Source of the DNA: Octopus sinensis
Lineage: Eukaryota
Assembly: GCF_006345805.1 (NCBI RefSeq)
Contig: NC_043019.1
Span: 18,475,360-18,539,359 of the forward strand
Direction of reading: 5' to 3'
DNA: 64,000 bases
This document shows, in pieces, positions 38,608 to 56,592 of this stretch. The number at the start of each line of letters is the position of its first letter. The first letter of the stretch is position 1. A program made the position numbers and the translations under genes. The notes beneath the pieces are model-generated. The model saw only the letters and a list, made by a program, of their open reading frames with translations, searched no databases and had not been told where the DNA came from.

Positions 38608-38617
38608 TGTATATATT

Positions 38618-38654
<37 letters not shown>

Positions 38655-38667
38655 GTATATATATATG

Positions 38668-38698
<31 letters not shown>

Positions 38699-38767
38699 GT
38701 AAATATATGTATATATATATATATATGTATATATATATGTAAATATATATATATATATATATATATA

Positions 38768-38877
<110 letters not shown>

Positions 38878-38899
38878 GTATATATATATATGTATGGAT

Positions 38900-39260
38900 C
38901 ATTCCCGTGCTCTAGATCCCGCTGCAACACCTGCCCCTTCATCACCAACACCCCTGCTGTCACCGGCTCCAACCAGCGAACTGTATTAAATGCAACCTCT
39001 GCGGAATGCTGTATATAGGACAGACGGGACGCCAGTAGTCAGACCGATTCGCCGAACATCTGAGGTATGTTCGCCTACGGTCCTTTTCTCCCGTCGCACG
39101 TCACTTCTGCTCGGCCAGCCATTTCCCCGATGACATCTCTGTGTTTGGTCTCGCCCCCCACAACGGTCTTCCACAATCCAGGCTTCACTTGGAGCAACGT
39201 TTCATCTTCACTCTACAAACCAATACCCCACACGGACTAAACACAGCCCCTCCTCTTAGT
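38900..39260 (+). mobile_element. Penelope-like GIY-YIG fragment (not in the ORF track)
   Basis: Hand translation: [30 protein letters not shown]...SPVARHFCSASH. Confidence 0.7.
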
Positions 39261-39309
39261 GACTGCGCTCCACCTCTCTTTTCCCTCTCTTCTTTTTTTT
39301 AATCCTTAT

Positions 39310-41373
39310 ACAGAAACACACACGCATACCCACGTATCCACGGACACCCCCCACATACCTACTTCCAACACACCTACCTCCAACACACCACACACATACA
39401 ACCTACACGCACTTGTACGCACACATACTTCCACACCTATACACACCCCCACACACACCCACGCACACACACATGCCCGTGCACACACACTAACAACACA
39501 ATACCCATACAGATACGCACACCTTTACAAACACCCAGTAGAGACACACACACACATACACGCACGTCACGCGCATGTACATTACGCCCACACAACCCCA
39601 GAGGAAACCCCATGCACACACGCGTACATTCACACACACATACATACACATACATACACATACATACATTCACACATTTATTCATACATACATACATACA
39701 CAAAGAAACAAACATACACATACACACACACATACATACACACATACATACATACACACACATACACATATACACACACATACATACATACACACATACA
39801 CACACATACGCACATACACATATACATACACACATACACATACGTACACACATACTTACATACATACATACATACACACACTCACACATGCACACATACA
39901 CGCATGCACACATACATGCATACATACGCACACGCTTACACGCATGCACACGTACATATACTTGTATCCAGGCGTACGCCTTTTAGGGATTGATGGAGTT
40001 CGGGTTTTTTTGGTGTGAGTGGCTGTGGGTCCGCGGGCGTGCGCCTGGGGTTCTTCCAGCCCCACATGCGTGTGTGTGTGTGTGTTTTTGTGTATACATA
40101 CACACATACATGCATGCATGCACGCACGCACACATACATACCTACATACATACACGCACACACACTTACACACATACATACATACACACATACATACTTA
40201 CCTACACACATACATACATACACACACACATAAACACACACACATACACACACATACATACATAAACAAGACATACATACATACCGGCATACACTCACAC
40301 ATACATACATACACACACATACATACATACACAACATACATTACGCCCACACAACTCCAGAGGAAATCCCACGCACACACGCATACATTCACACACACAC
40401 ATACGTACACACACACTCACACATTCATACTTTCATTCATACATACATACATACATACACACACACAAACATACACATACACATACATATATACACACAC
40501 GCATACACACACACATACAGACACACACACATACATGCACACACACATACATACACACACAATATACACATATACATACACACATGCATACACACACATA
40601 CATACGCACATGCATGCATACATACATACACACACATACATACATACATACACACACACTTACTCACATGCACACATACATACATACACACATACAAACA
40701 TACATACACGCACACACATACTTACATACACACACACAGACATACACACCTACACACTCACACATACATACATACACACACACATACCTACATACACACT
40801 TGCATGCACATGCGTACACATGTATGTGCGCGCACACATACATACATGCATGCATGCCTGTGGGGTCTGGCTTTATTTTGGGCGTACGTCGGAGCGTGTG
40901 TGTGTGTGCCTGTAGATTCGCATGCGCCCACACCGGAAGAGTCTTTCCCCTAAATCTTTCAGTTGCGAAGTGTGTCATTGCATGCATATATATACACACA
41001 TATAAACATATAAACCCCTACATTTGTACACACACGCACATACAAACATTCACTCCCACGCACGTACACACACACATTTACATATATACAATACACGCAC
41101 ACACACATACACACGTACAAACACACACTAATTCACATACACACCGACACATATACATACACACAACATATACCGCCACGCGCACGCACACACGCGAAAA
41201 AACCCACAACCCCACGGATACACGCATATACATCCATTTACGCTTACACACACACGATACATATACAGGCACACACACATGCCTCCCTGTTTCTGACCTG
41301 CCTTTCTGACTTGCTAGAGTACCCCCACAGCACTCCTTAATTCTACTACTGCCTGCTACTAGCCATTGTCCAC

Positions 41374-41415
<42 letters not shown>

Positions 41416-41440
41416 AACACTCACACACACACACTTGTCA
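39310..41440. repeat. Compound (CA)/(CATA)n low-complexity tract with an internal direct duplication
   Basis: acattacgcccacacaac(c/t)ccagaggaaa recurs at ~39578 and ~40336. Confidence 0.85.
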
Positions 41441-41659
41441 TCTAGCACACCTTTTTTACCATTCCTTCTTTGATATAGCTCTCTTGTTTTTAAAAATATT
41501 TTCCTCCATTTTTACCACTTCCGTCCTTTTAGTATGTGACCTCGTGAGTGCCATTGATAGCATAAAGCTTGAAACTTTTCAACATTGAACTGCATGCTAT
41601 TCTTTTCAGCCCACTTGTATATTTTGTCCAACTGCCATTTGGTGCATGAGAGAGTTCGA

Positions 41660-42776
<1,117 letters not shown>

Positions 42777-43199
42777 TTTGTAAAAAATTAAATTTGAAAA
42801 TGCTGCTGTATTATACAATTTTTAATTTTTATATATACATTATAACATGTTTCAGTTCCTGAAATGAACCTTATCAAAAAAAGTTATATATAAAAGAGAC
42901 AGCTCATGCCGTCAAACACAAGAAATTCATTTATAATACACAACGGAGTCAGACATCTTAGAGTTCATGTATAGTTGATATATAGTTCATGTATAGTTGA
43001 TATATAGTTTGAAGTATATGTTCAAAGTGTTCGATGCAGTGGCCCACGGTGGCGATACGTATTCAATACAAAAAACAGATCAAAGTGGTGGAAAGCAGTC
43101 AATACAGAAGATTGATGTTTCCGAAAGAGCGAGGAATTCATTTTTACCTTAAGCAATTGTGATGACCCATGGTGGAAGTTCGCTGGGTGGTTCTAGTGA

Positions 43200-45009
43200 G
43201 TTTTTGTAAAATGCTCGGTTTTATAATGCCTGTTAGGTGGTCAATCTAGCGTAGCGTGACGTCATCAATGTTTTGACCAATCGTTTCGTTAGGTGGCTTT
43301 AATCAAGTAGAACGGGACGTCATCATTATTTTGACCAATCGCTGCATTATAACTCCCTCTTGTTTGTTTCCTGTTTTGACCAGTCACTTCGTTAGTCAAG
43401 TAGAACGGGACGTCATCATTATTTTGACCAATCGCTGCATTATATCTGCCTCTTGTTTGTTTCCTGTTTTGACCAGTCGCTTCGTTAGTCAAGCAGAGCG
43501 GGACGTCATCCAGGTTCTGCCCAATCACGACTTATAGCTACATTAGATCTGCCCCCTGTCTGTACTTGTTAGGTGACTATTCAAGCAGAAAAGGACGTCA
43601 TCAATATTCTGACTAATGACTGTCCCCTGTTTGTATCCTGTCCATTCTAGCAGAGCTAGACGTCATCAACTTGTTGACCAATCAGAATCGGGTCTGACCC
43701 TTAGCTGTATCGTATGTATCAGGGTCAGATTTGCACGAAAGAATTTTTTTCCTTTTTTACTAAGGCATATTTCCGTCAGAGTGAGTGTCTGTTTGAAGTA
43801 GCGGCCGTGGTGAAATTTGGTTCTCCTTTTCGGAGGATTTATCTTTTGTTTTAGTATTCCTGGCCCAGGGTGTTTAAACTTGGTCTAAATTTTTTTATGA
43901 AATATAGTTCTTTATTTTGGCGTTGTGTGAAGGTTGCGTTGTCACTGAATTTATAGAGTGGGTTAGTTGTAAATTTCGGATTTACATTTCCAGCACATCT
44001 ATCTATGTGTCCGCTGACCGGTATTTTGCGGTAATCAGGGTTTCTAATTTGTGATTTATGCACCGCCATCCTGTTACGTAAGCTATTTTTTGTATGGCCT
44101 ATATACTGCCTATTGCAGCCTGCGCATGTTATGACGTAAATTAAGTTTCTGATGCGCAGGTGAAGTTTGTTCTAATGGTGAACTGGTGGCCTTGTTCCAG
44201 TATAAATTCTGATCCTTCTTTCAAGATGACACAGATTCCGCAGTTGGGCCTTCCACATTTTCTAACTGCTGGTTTTGTGGTTGATGTTGAGTGCAGTGTA
44301 GCTTGGGTTAAAATCCTTTTCAAGGATTTTGGTTGCCGTTTACTTTTAATGATGGTGTGTGTTTCGAGGATCCGGTTCATCTTTGGGTCTCCCTTTAGTA
44401 GGGCTGTGCTTTGTAGTATGGTGTTGAAGGCCTCATTGTTGAGTGGGTTGTGTGTAGAGATGTAGGGAAGGGTTTTTAATTGTTCTTTCTTTTTTGGTTT
44501 TGTTTGTCTCAGGTCTTCTATACTTAATTTAAGTACCCGTTGGATTGCACTGTCTATTAGGGGCTGTGGATAGTTTCTATTTGTGAGTGTGGTTCTAAGT
44601 TCCTGGAGACGTGTGTGTCGGGTGTTTGTGTCTGATATTATGGTGCAAATCCTTCTAGCTAAACAAAAAGGGACATTCATTCTAGTGTGTTGTGGGTGGC
44701 ATGAATCAAAGGGTAGGTACTGTTTAGAGTCTGTCGGTTTATAGTTGCTATCTGTCTCTATTTTGTTGCCAGTTTTCTTAATGAGGATGTCTAAAAATGG
44801 TAATTCTTTTTCGTTGTGGTCCATCGTGAATTGTATATTGTCATTTATTCCATTTAATAGAATTTTAAATTCCTCAAGTTTCTCTATGCCTTTGTCCCAG
44901 ATGATGAAACAGTCATCGAGGTATCTTTTCCAGTTGTTATGGATATAGGTGGCGAAGGTGTTTCCTTATTTCTCGAGTGTCATCCGGTATAGTATTTTCT
45001 CGAGGTATC

Positions 45010-45012
<3 letters not shown>
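43200..45012 (-). mobile_element. Penelope-like element family 3, 5'-truncated (RT C-terminus + GIY-YIG, frameshifted)
   Basis: YMGYLE...[12 protein letters not shown]...LPFLDILI...YKPTDSKQYL...SCHPQH; CGRPNCGIC; after a 1-nt deletion at ~44150, NLIYVITCAGCNRQYIGHT...RMAVHKSQI. The left boundary is approximate. Confidence 0.85.
43255..43520. repeat. ~89-bp tandem repeat rich in GACGTCA and CCAAT motifs
   Basis: gacgtcatc...ttgaccaatcg recurs at ~43259, ~43316, ~43406 and ~43501, with further GACGTCA sites at ~43596 and ~43659. Confidence 0.75.
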
Positions 45013-48305
<3,293 letters not shown>

Positions 48306-48712
48306 TGAGGAAAGTCCAGAAGAGACTAGGAAGAGAGGAAAGGAGACATAAAGGAAAAAAAGGCTTAGCTTTGATTACAAGGGATCCTTAAACGATCAAT
48401 GTATATCAAAGTGAAGCACAACCCCCAACTGACCAGACGGAATAGCGCAAAACAGTTAAGTAATCCATTATCATCACAGAAAATGCATTGACTTGTTGAC
48501 CTGTTGATTAATTACCACGTCATGTCACTGCTCACTTTTTTATTGGGTTAGCCTGATGAGTTGGGAGTGATGTAACATATTATATAATCTTATGGATGTT
48601 GTGCATACTGCATACCTGACTATACTATGCTTATCTCACAATAAACTTTACAAAACAATCAAGTGTAGCAATACTACATAATCTATTCATCTGTTTATAT
48701 AATGTGTGTGTG

Positions 48713-49040
48713 AAGGCACATGGGTCTGTGGTTAGAGCGTTGGGCTCACCACTATGAGGTAGTGAGTTCAATTCCTGGACTGGGCTGTGTGTTGTGTTCT
48801 TGAGCAAGACACTTTATTTCAAGTTGCTCCAGTTCACTCAGCTGTAGAAATGAGTTGCGACATCACTGGTGCCAAGCTGTATCGGCCCCTTTGCCTTTCT
48901 CTTGGACAACATCAGTGGCATGGGGAGGGGAGGCATGGTATGCATGGGTGACTGGTGGTCTTTCATAAACAAACTTGCCCAGACTTGTACCTCAGAGGGG
49001 AACTTTCTAGGTGGAATCCCATGGTCATTCATGACCAAAG
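48713..49040 (+). mobile_element. tRNA-derived SINE (second type)
   Basis: A-box-like gtggttagagcg, B-box-like gagttcaattcc and cttgagcaagacacttta core. Confidence 0.65.
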
Positions 49041-49221
49041 GGAGTCCTTTAACCAAAATAATCCTTTTCTATAAAATTCAACCTCCAAAATCTGAGGTTT
49101 TTTAAGTGGTAGAAACACGACAAAGGGATTGCTCAGTCACTTGCATGTTAATTGCACGAGCAAGCTGTTCTGTTGATCGTATGAGTTGAGACCCTCGGCA
49201 TTATAACTGGCAGAGTGCTCC

Positions 49222-49625
49222 TACAGAGTGGCTGTGTGGTAAGTAGCTTGCTAACGAACCACATGGTTCCCAGTTCAGTCCCACTGCGTGGCATCTTGGG
49301 CAAGTGTCTTCTGCTATAGCCCCTCACTGACCAATGCCTTGTGAGTGGATTTGGTAGACGGAAACTGAAAGAAGCCTGTCGTATATATGTATACATATAT
49401 ATGTGTGTATATGTATGTGTGTGTTTGTGTTTGTCCCCCTAGCATTGCTTGACAACCGATGCTGGTGTGTTTACGTTCCCATCACTTAGTGGTTCGGCAA
49501 AGGAGACCGATAGAATAAGTACTGGGCTTACAAAGAATAAGTCCCGGGGTCGATTTGTTCGACTAAAGGCGGTGCTCCAGCATGGCCGCAGTCAAATGAC
49601 TGAAACAAGTAAAAGAGTAAAGAGT
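49222..49625 (+). mobile_element. tRNA-derived SINE, head + microsatellite + body + (GAGTAAAA) tail
   Basis: gagtggctgtgtggtaagtagcttgc...agttcagtcccactgcg...cttgggcaagtgtc; body ggggtcgatt...taaaggcggtgctcc. Confidence 0.7.
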
Positions 49626-49639
49626 ATATATATATTTAC

Positions 49640-49670
<31 letters not shown>

Positions 49671-50029
49671 TACTTGGAGAAGAGAAATAACGCGTGCGTT
49701 CGGTCATATAATAATATAATAAATAAAATATATGCATATATACCTACATATATGTACATACTTACATCTACATGTATATATACATGCATATATATATATA
49801 TATATATGAGTACAGGACACGACAAATAAACGTAGAACACAACGAGAGACGAAAACATAAAATCAAACAAGGAAACGGACATTTTTTAACAACAAAAAAA
49901 CAAGGAAACGGACTTTTTTAAAACAACGGAAAAACAGAGTACAGGACAAACAATACAAGGAAAATTCCCCTTCATCAGCTGCCCCTGGTTCGACTCAATG
50001 CGTGTTTCCAAGGTAACATATATATATAT

Positions 50030-50113
50030 AAGTAAATAAATGGAGTTGAACGCAGATGTTTTTAAAGTAAAAGAATTTGAATAACACCTGCGCTCAACTC
50101 CATTTATTTACTT
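50030..50113. repeat. 26-bp-arm hairpin (1 mismatch, 32-nt loop)
   Basis: aagtaaataaatggagttgaacgcag ... ctgcgctcaactccatttatttactt; the arm shares aatggagttgaacg with the Penelope end at ~24339. Confidence 0.75.
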
Positions 50114-51599
50114 ATACTACACAAATTACTGCACATTAACCCGGAGTTTCTACCTTTGAATAGGTCGCTACATCCGTGTTACTTGCATGAATTTTGCTAC
50201 CCTGGTAACTGTTTATTGAATTTTCCATGTTAACGGTAGACAAAGAATAATTCATTCATCCATTTATATATGTAGGTTATTTATGTAGGTTATTTATATC
50301 GCATGTATTGCAATGAAACTGTATTAGCTACTAGTGGACATGGTGTTTTGTTTCCGAACACTTTTCAAACTGAGTAAATAAAATAAATTTTATATGTGAA
50401 ACGTTAAAAATATAATGCGATAGCAGAAATATTTAAATGTATACATGACTGTGGCCTGGTATATTTGTTTGTATATATGTACAGGAGTATTTGCATATAT
50501 GTAAATAGCAAGCAATCCAGAAAAGCGTAAATATCTAAATGAAAATCTAAATAATTCAGTCCCACTGCGATCCGATAGTGAGAAGCTCGCTGCTCTGATA
50601 CTGCGTTCGTGTCTAATGGTTACTTTAGGGTTATTCTATGAATATCCACAGGATATGATACTGAAAGTAACAAAATGCTACTCTGGTCTATAACCAGCAT
50701 ATTAAACATTTGTTGTACACAAATATTGAGTACTCTTTTTCTTTACTCGTAAACATACACACCATTGTTATATATATGTTTCATATGGGCGTGTGTGCAT
50801 GCAGCATGCATGTGTAAGTGCAAACTCGTAGCTGTTAGTTCGCTCCTGGTATATCAATGTACAAGTTAAATTACATATTTCAAAATGTATGTATTACACT
50901 GACAATATTCTGCACATTGCCAGTTATAGTGGCATCTGCTGAAAGATATTTTAGCAAATTAAAATCAAATTAAAAAGTTCTTGAAAAGATTAAATGACTT
51001 ACTTGTCTTTATTTAGCAATGATAATAAACTTACGGGAGAAAATAATTTCAGTAAAAATATTTGTTTCTTAATGAGCCACAAGGTTAACAATTTTGAGGG
51101 GTAGAGTTAGTCTCTAGTACTTTATTTTATCAACTCGACAACAGCAGAATTTGAACTCAGAACGTAAAGACTGATACGAATACCACAAAGCATTTTTCCA
51201 ATGTTCTAACGATTTTGCCAACCCGTCACCTTACTTTAATGAGGTCCCCTAAGCCCTCTTTCGATTAATTGTAATCAGTCTAAATTCTATAATACTGAGC
51301 GCTGTCAAGAATGCTAACATAATGTTTCTATTTTCTATAAATTTTTCAATTGATAGATGTTTTCGTTTTTTTTATTTTTTTATTTTCTCAAAATAATATT
51401 GTCTGTTGGTTGTTAAAGAATTTCGTTTTCACCAAATTCCACAAAGGAAATCAACTTGTGCTACCCTGGAGTTTATGGTCTTCATTAAAAATGGAAAATA
51501 AAGCATCAGAGTGCAAGTGGTTATTGGTGTTCGCATCAATTACTTTGTAAGTTCATCAACATCATCATAATCAAAATCTCTTAAAACTAAAATTTCATT

Positions 51600-52500
51600 A
51601 AAATGATGGCATCGTCAAGAAACTTATGGTGAAGTGCGCACACACAAATCCACAAAGCGCAATAATCTTGCTAAAATTTTCAGTTTTTTCTTTTAAGACC
51701 ATAATCTCCAGGATTTCCTTGATTCCTTAAGTCAGAACTCAAATTAATCTGTATACTTGCTGGAAAGACTTAAAATTTGCTGAAAATTGTTAAAAGTTCA
51801 CAGCTTCCGGAAGTATAGCCTTAATACAAGCTCTATTTCAAGGCCAGACTTGTGTTCCTGCATATATGAACAAAAGTCTTTGGACAAATTTCTGGAAGAA
51901 GACTAAGTTTGCTTGAATCCAGAACCACAAGATTGATAAGCGAACGTGCTAATAGCACGGTCATTGCTGCAAATATTACGTTTTTAATTGACTTTTCCAT
52001 TGCAGATGAGGTCTGTTCTGACAATAATGCTTATATTTCTTGTTGCATCAACTGCTACAGGTTTGTATTCATTTCTCATCTATCGTATAAATATTACTGT
52101 GGAACATTCAGGACAAGATTATGAAAGAAGACGTGTTGCCACTATAGGATTTACTTGTTGAGTGTCATACGAGAACATGGCCAAAGTCTTCCTCATGAGT
52201 GTGCTTACGGACCACTGTCTTTCTTCATTGCCCAGTCGTTTATTGCACATAAATATCCTCTATTTCCGCTGCTGATCCTGCTGTCATCTCTTGAGAGGGA
52301 CACATCAACAGCTGCAGTAATCACCGAAAGTATTGTCTCTGCTACCAAATAACGCATCTGGTTCCTTGCATTTTAACTAGAGTAAAGCTGGATACAAGCC
52401 ACTTCTATGCAATACCACCACCTAAAAATATAGCAGCCAAATCTCCCTCAAATTATTCTCGACACTAGTCAAAAAGATGGTCAATTCTTGAATGCCTTTG
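51600..52500 (-). mobile_element. Highly degenerate hAT-like (DUF4371/ZMYM-type) transposase remnant
   Basis: Minus-strand traces SRDDSRISSGNRG (cf. RGHDES..S.NRGNF) and RSLINLVVLDSS; many stops. Confidence 0.3.
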
Positions 52501-53635
52501 GTCATATATCTGTTATCAGGTTTAACAACAACAATTCCTTTCTTTGGCATCAATTTAATATCAGTCCAAGTTGGTTAAGAAGTTCGCTACTTAATCATTT
52601 TGATGCCTGGTTCAATCACACTCTCTGCCATACTGAGTAAATCTTTTTAACCATCCAAGTTTTCTGATAGAAATGAGATAGACTAAAACTATTCTGCAGG
52701 CTGTCCAGGTTTCTTCTGGGTGATAGACATAACCAGATTAACAGACCCACTCTCCTTCTAATAACTTTAACAGATTTCAGTCTGTAGTACACCTTCTGAC
52801 CAGTTCTCCAATCTAAGAACATTGACAGTTTGTTCCTTTTCCACCCACCAATCTGTTATATCATTGACGCTGATCTCTCTCATCTGAGTAGATCATTAAT
52901 TAAAAGAGAAATGGTTAAATGATTCTCCGTTTATACAAAATACATTCTAAAGTACCAAACTGAAATAGGAAAGAGAACCAGAACCGCTGAATAAGAACGA
53001 ACCACAAACCTAGATATCCACTGGTAAGAATATTTTCCCCCCACATATGTTGTAACCATGACTACGATATCCAGTATGTCTGTCTTTCCACATGTATTAC
53101 ATCCATGGTTCAATTTGAAGTCCCCCCCATTTATGAGCCAATCAATGAGCTCGATGCAAGCCTTTTGCCGGGAGATAGCAGCAAATGACACGTACAAAAA
53201 GATGAGATAGTCACGGCTAAGTGCTTTTCACTGCATGTTTACTAAATCAGTCCAAGCATTTTTTCAATTGCAAGCCATTACGATCGCTTCGATCTTTGAT
53301 TGCCCTCAGAGATTTTATACATGGATATAGAAGCAATAGCGTACAGGATTCTAACTATAGTCTTTACTTCTTAACATAAATGTAGTAACGGCTTTATACA
53401 CTAGTTTCAATAAAACCAATCGGATTAAAAGAATTGTTCTCATATTGATATACACGAACAAGATACTCGATTATAATCAGCGATTTAAAAAATCAAAAAC
53501 CAGTGCAGACTTGAATATTAATAACGTTTCGTCTTCAAAGACGAAGTTAACAGCATAAAAAATTAATAATATTATGAATGAAACATTTTAGATAATTATT
53601 TATTTTTTATAGTTTATTGTTGTTTATATTTTTAG

Positions 53636-53782
53636 CTTATATGGCAGAATGCATTGGCTGTAAATATTTAGGCGATTGTATTTGCGGTCGAGCATTTTGG
53701 ATTTCCGTTACGGATGGTTTATGCGTAAAACGAGATTGTCGATGGATTCACAATAAGTGGAGGGTTGTCGGTTCTTTCATAG
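53636..53782 (+). CDS. Candidate host-gene exon, 147 nt, phase 1-1, Cys-rich
   Basis: tttttag|...|gtaag boundaries; open frame YMAECIGCKYLGDCICGRAFWISVTDGLCVKRDCRWIHNKWRVVGSFI; GC content higher than the flanks. Confidence 0.35.
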
Positions 53783-54114
53783 GTAAGCATACGATCAAAT
53801 ACTGTCATCTTGTTTAGAAATATTTCATTTTATCATAGTGACCAGGCCACATATTTTGGGGGAGGCAAAGTCAAGTAAATCGACTCACTGTATTCCACTG
53901 GTACTCTATAAAACGGGTGGAATTCTAGCTATGGTAGAATTTAATACTTCGAAGTATTTACTACTTTATTGTCATTCTTGCAGTTGTGATTGTTGTTGTT
54001 GTTGGTGGTGGTTTTGGATTCTAGTCATTCCTCGTAATAAATTTTTCACAATTGTTTCCATGTCAGAAAGTATTATTTTATTCACTTTCTATTCTTCTTT
54101 TCATTTTTTTTTAG

Positions 54115-54191
54115 ATTGTGCAAAGATAATTGATACAGTCCATGATCAGACAAGGTATACCACGGAACCACTGTCTTATTGCACAATTTGA
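54115..54191 (+). CDS. Candidate terminal exon in frame with the previous exon
   Basis: Strong polypyrimidine acceptor ttcttcttttcatttttttttag|; splicing gives ...FI-D-CAKIIDTVHDQTRYTTEPLSYCTI*. Confidence 0.3.
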
Positions 54192-54792
54192 AACATACTA
54201 TCGCTCTTTTTACATTACATTAATTTACTATGCAAAAATTATAATAAAATTATCAAACGGTAACATAAAAAAAATTGTTTCAGTCATTAAACTGACCTCA
54301 GTTGAAATCATTTAATATAGTGGTGCCATCCACCGGTGCTGATGAAATTTCGTAAATCGATAGAATTTCGATACATTTTAGCATTTGTCATCACACGAAA
54401 GGATTTTTTTTGGATGTTAAACCAACACATCCTAATTAAGTTGCGTGTGCTAATTAATATTTATTACAAAGGTTGTTTCTGTTGAAAATAGCCCATGTGT
54501 GTGATAGAGTAGAGAATAAATGATATGGTTGGCTGGCAAATATAGATTTAAAATCTGAAAATAGTTTTGGAAATATATGTAAAAATAATAGAAAATAAAA
54601 TTTAAATTAGAGAATAAATAAAACGTCAGAACCACAATGGAAAAGGAGATAAAAGGATGCGAGGCTGAGATAAGGAATAAAATGATGCGAGGCTGAGAAA
54701 GAAAAAGTGAGGAATGGTTAGGGTTGCTCAGATGAAGGGAGAAAGGAAATGAGTAAAGAGAAAAGATGAGGGAGACAGAGAGATGAGAGAAA

Positions 54793-56554
54793 GGTTAATG
54801 TTTAATCTTGACCCGGAAATGGAAATCCAAAAAATATACTGAAATGGATGTAAAACAATGTTTAAGGAAACGAATATGAAAAAAAAAAAAAAATGCACGC
54901 AAAGCAACGGGAGAGGACTTCGGAAAATTAACAAGGTCCGAGCTTTTCCCTCGTAACTTTTAGGAAAATGGGATTTTTTCTCTATAAAATTTTAAACAAA
55001 TACCTTTCAAACGGAATACATTACGATTCCAAAGAAATTTCTGAGGAAAATCTTTTCCAACGGGATAGGGAGAGGACTTCGAAAAATTCACAAGATCCGA
55101 GCTTTTTGCTTGTAACTTTTAGGAAAGTGGCGGGGTATATTTTTTCATTGAAATTTTATAGAAATACCTTTCAAACGGTATAGATTACAATTATAAAGAA
55201 AATTATGAGGGAAAATCTTTTCCAAGGAGGTGGGGAGAGGACTTCGTAAAATTTACAAGATCCGAATTTTGTGGGTCAAGGTGTAGGGGTTAATGTTTAG
55301 GTTAGAAAAGGTTATTTATTTATGGTTACATTGTATAAACCGAAAACCACGACGGGTTGGAAAGTATAACTCGTAAATGGAAAAGCATGCAAGGTAAAAA
55401 GAAAAGTTAATCTGTATGTGTGTACACGTCCTCGTTGTAGAAACCCACAGATAAAGATAGAATGATGTCGTAAGAGAAAAGAAATCGAGCTAGTATAAGT
55501 TATTTAGGGATGTTGTGTCTCGTAAGCTTCCTTTTCCCTAATGGTCACTGCCATTGCGTTTTCCCCAACTCGCTTCTCCAACAACAGAATTCGTTGCAGC
55601 TCTGTGATATCTATTCTAGCCATTGGTGAAATAGAAGAGGTTGGAAATAGAAGTGGCGAAGCAAAATATTTTGCTTAGCGAAGGCATTTGGCAAAATTAA
55701 TTTATGTCACAGAAAAAAACCATTGTTTTACCGTGAGAAAAGTGCTGTTGAACTGTTAATTAAAATAATTTGTCTATCTTTTTTTTTTTTAAATGCACTT
55801 TTGAAGGTGAGGCGCGAAACTGCATCACAGCCGCCTTTCTTTACACATATTTTAAGATAACATTTTGCAGAAATACGTTTTACAGAGTGTGGATTACATT
55901 CGACTGAAAGATCAAAGAACTTTGAAAACGAAGTGGTAACAATGTCTCTGGACAAAACAAAAAAAAAACATGTTAGTGTTTGTGTGAAACAAGTCAAAGT
56001 GTATTAAAACAATATTAAAACATACCTACTAAAATGACTGGATATAATATAGATGCCAGGACATAAAAGACCTAAGCTGCAAAACAGTTTTGTCCTTTGG
56101 CAATGTTTCTTGCCGAAATCTTAAGCGGGTAACAAATACTCTTCGATGTCTTATGGAGAGAGAGAGAGTGAGTGAGCAAAGGTGTGTTTTGTCATTTCGG
56201 TATTTTTCTTCTTTTTTTGGCCTGTACAATATATATCCTATTTATGCAGATTTTTAAATAATTTCAGGCAGGTGGGGGTTCCAGTTTCCTACCCTATCCT
56301 TTTTTATGAAGAAAAATAAGGGGTTTGCAGCAGATTAGGAGGCCAGGGTCGGTGATTTACATGCGAGAAATCCGAGTTTTTTTTTTATGAACTGCGTGGA
56401 GGTGCACTTGTAAAAATTTATCCAAATTGTTTCATAGATATGGTGTTGAATATCGTTTCATGATAGACAAAGTTAAGGGTGACTGAACATCAAAAACCAA
56501 TTCTTCCAAGTCCTCAGGAAGGCGATCATTCGCTATTAATGTTTAGCTGTACAT

Positions 56555-56592
<38 letters not shown>

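Noticed and set aside
49955-50015. GAAAC...GTC...CTGATGA on the minus strand (possible type II hammerhead)
   Set aside because: Stems I and III do not pair and the stem II closing pair is wrong; at best a decayed remnant.
50548-50700. Possible exon (PLRSDSEKLAALILRSCLMVTLGLFYEYPQ...)
   Set aside because: Weak acceptor and donor, no recognisable homology, and no frame link to the 53.6-kb exons could be shown.
54330-54385. CTGATGA...CGATAC hairpin
   Set aside because: GAAA is replaced by GATA and stems I and III cannot be formed convincingly.
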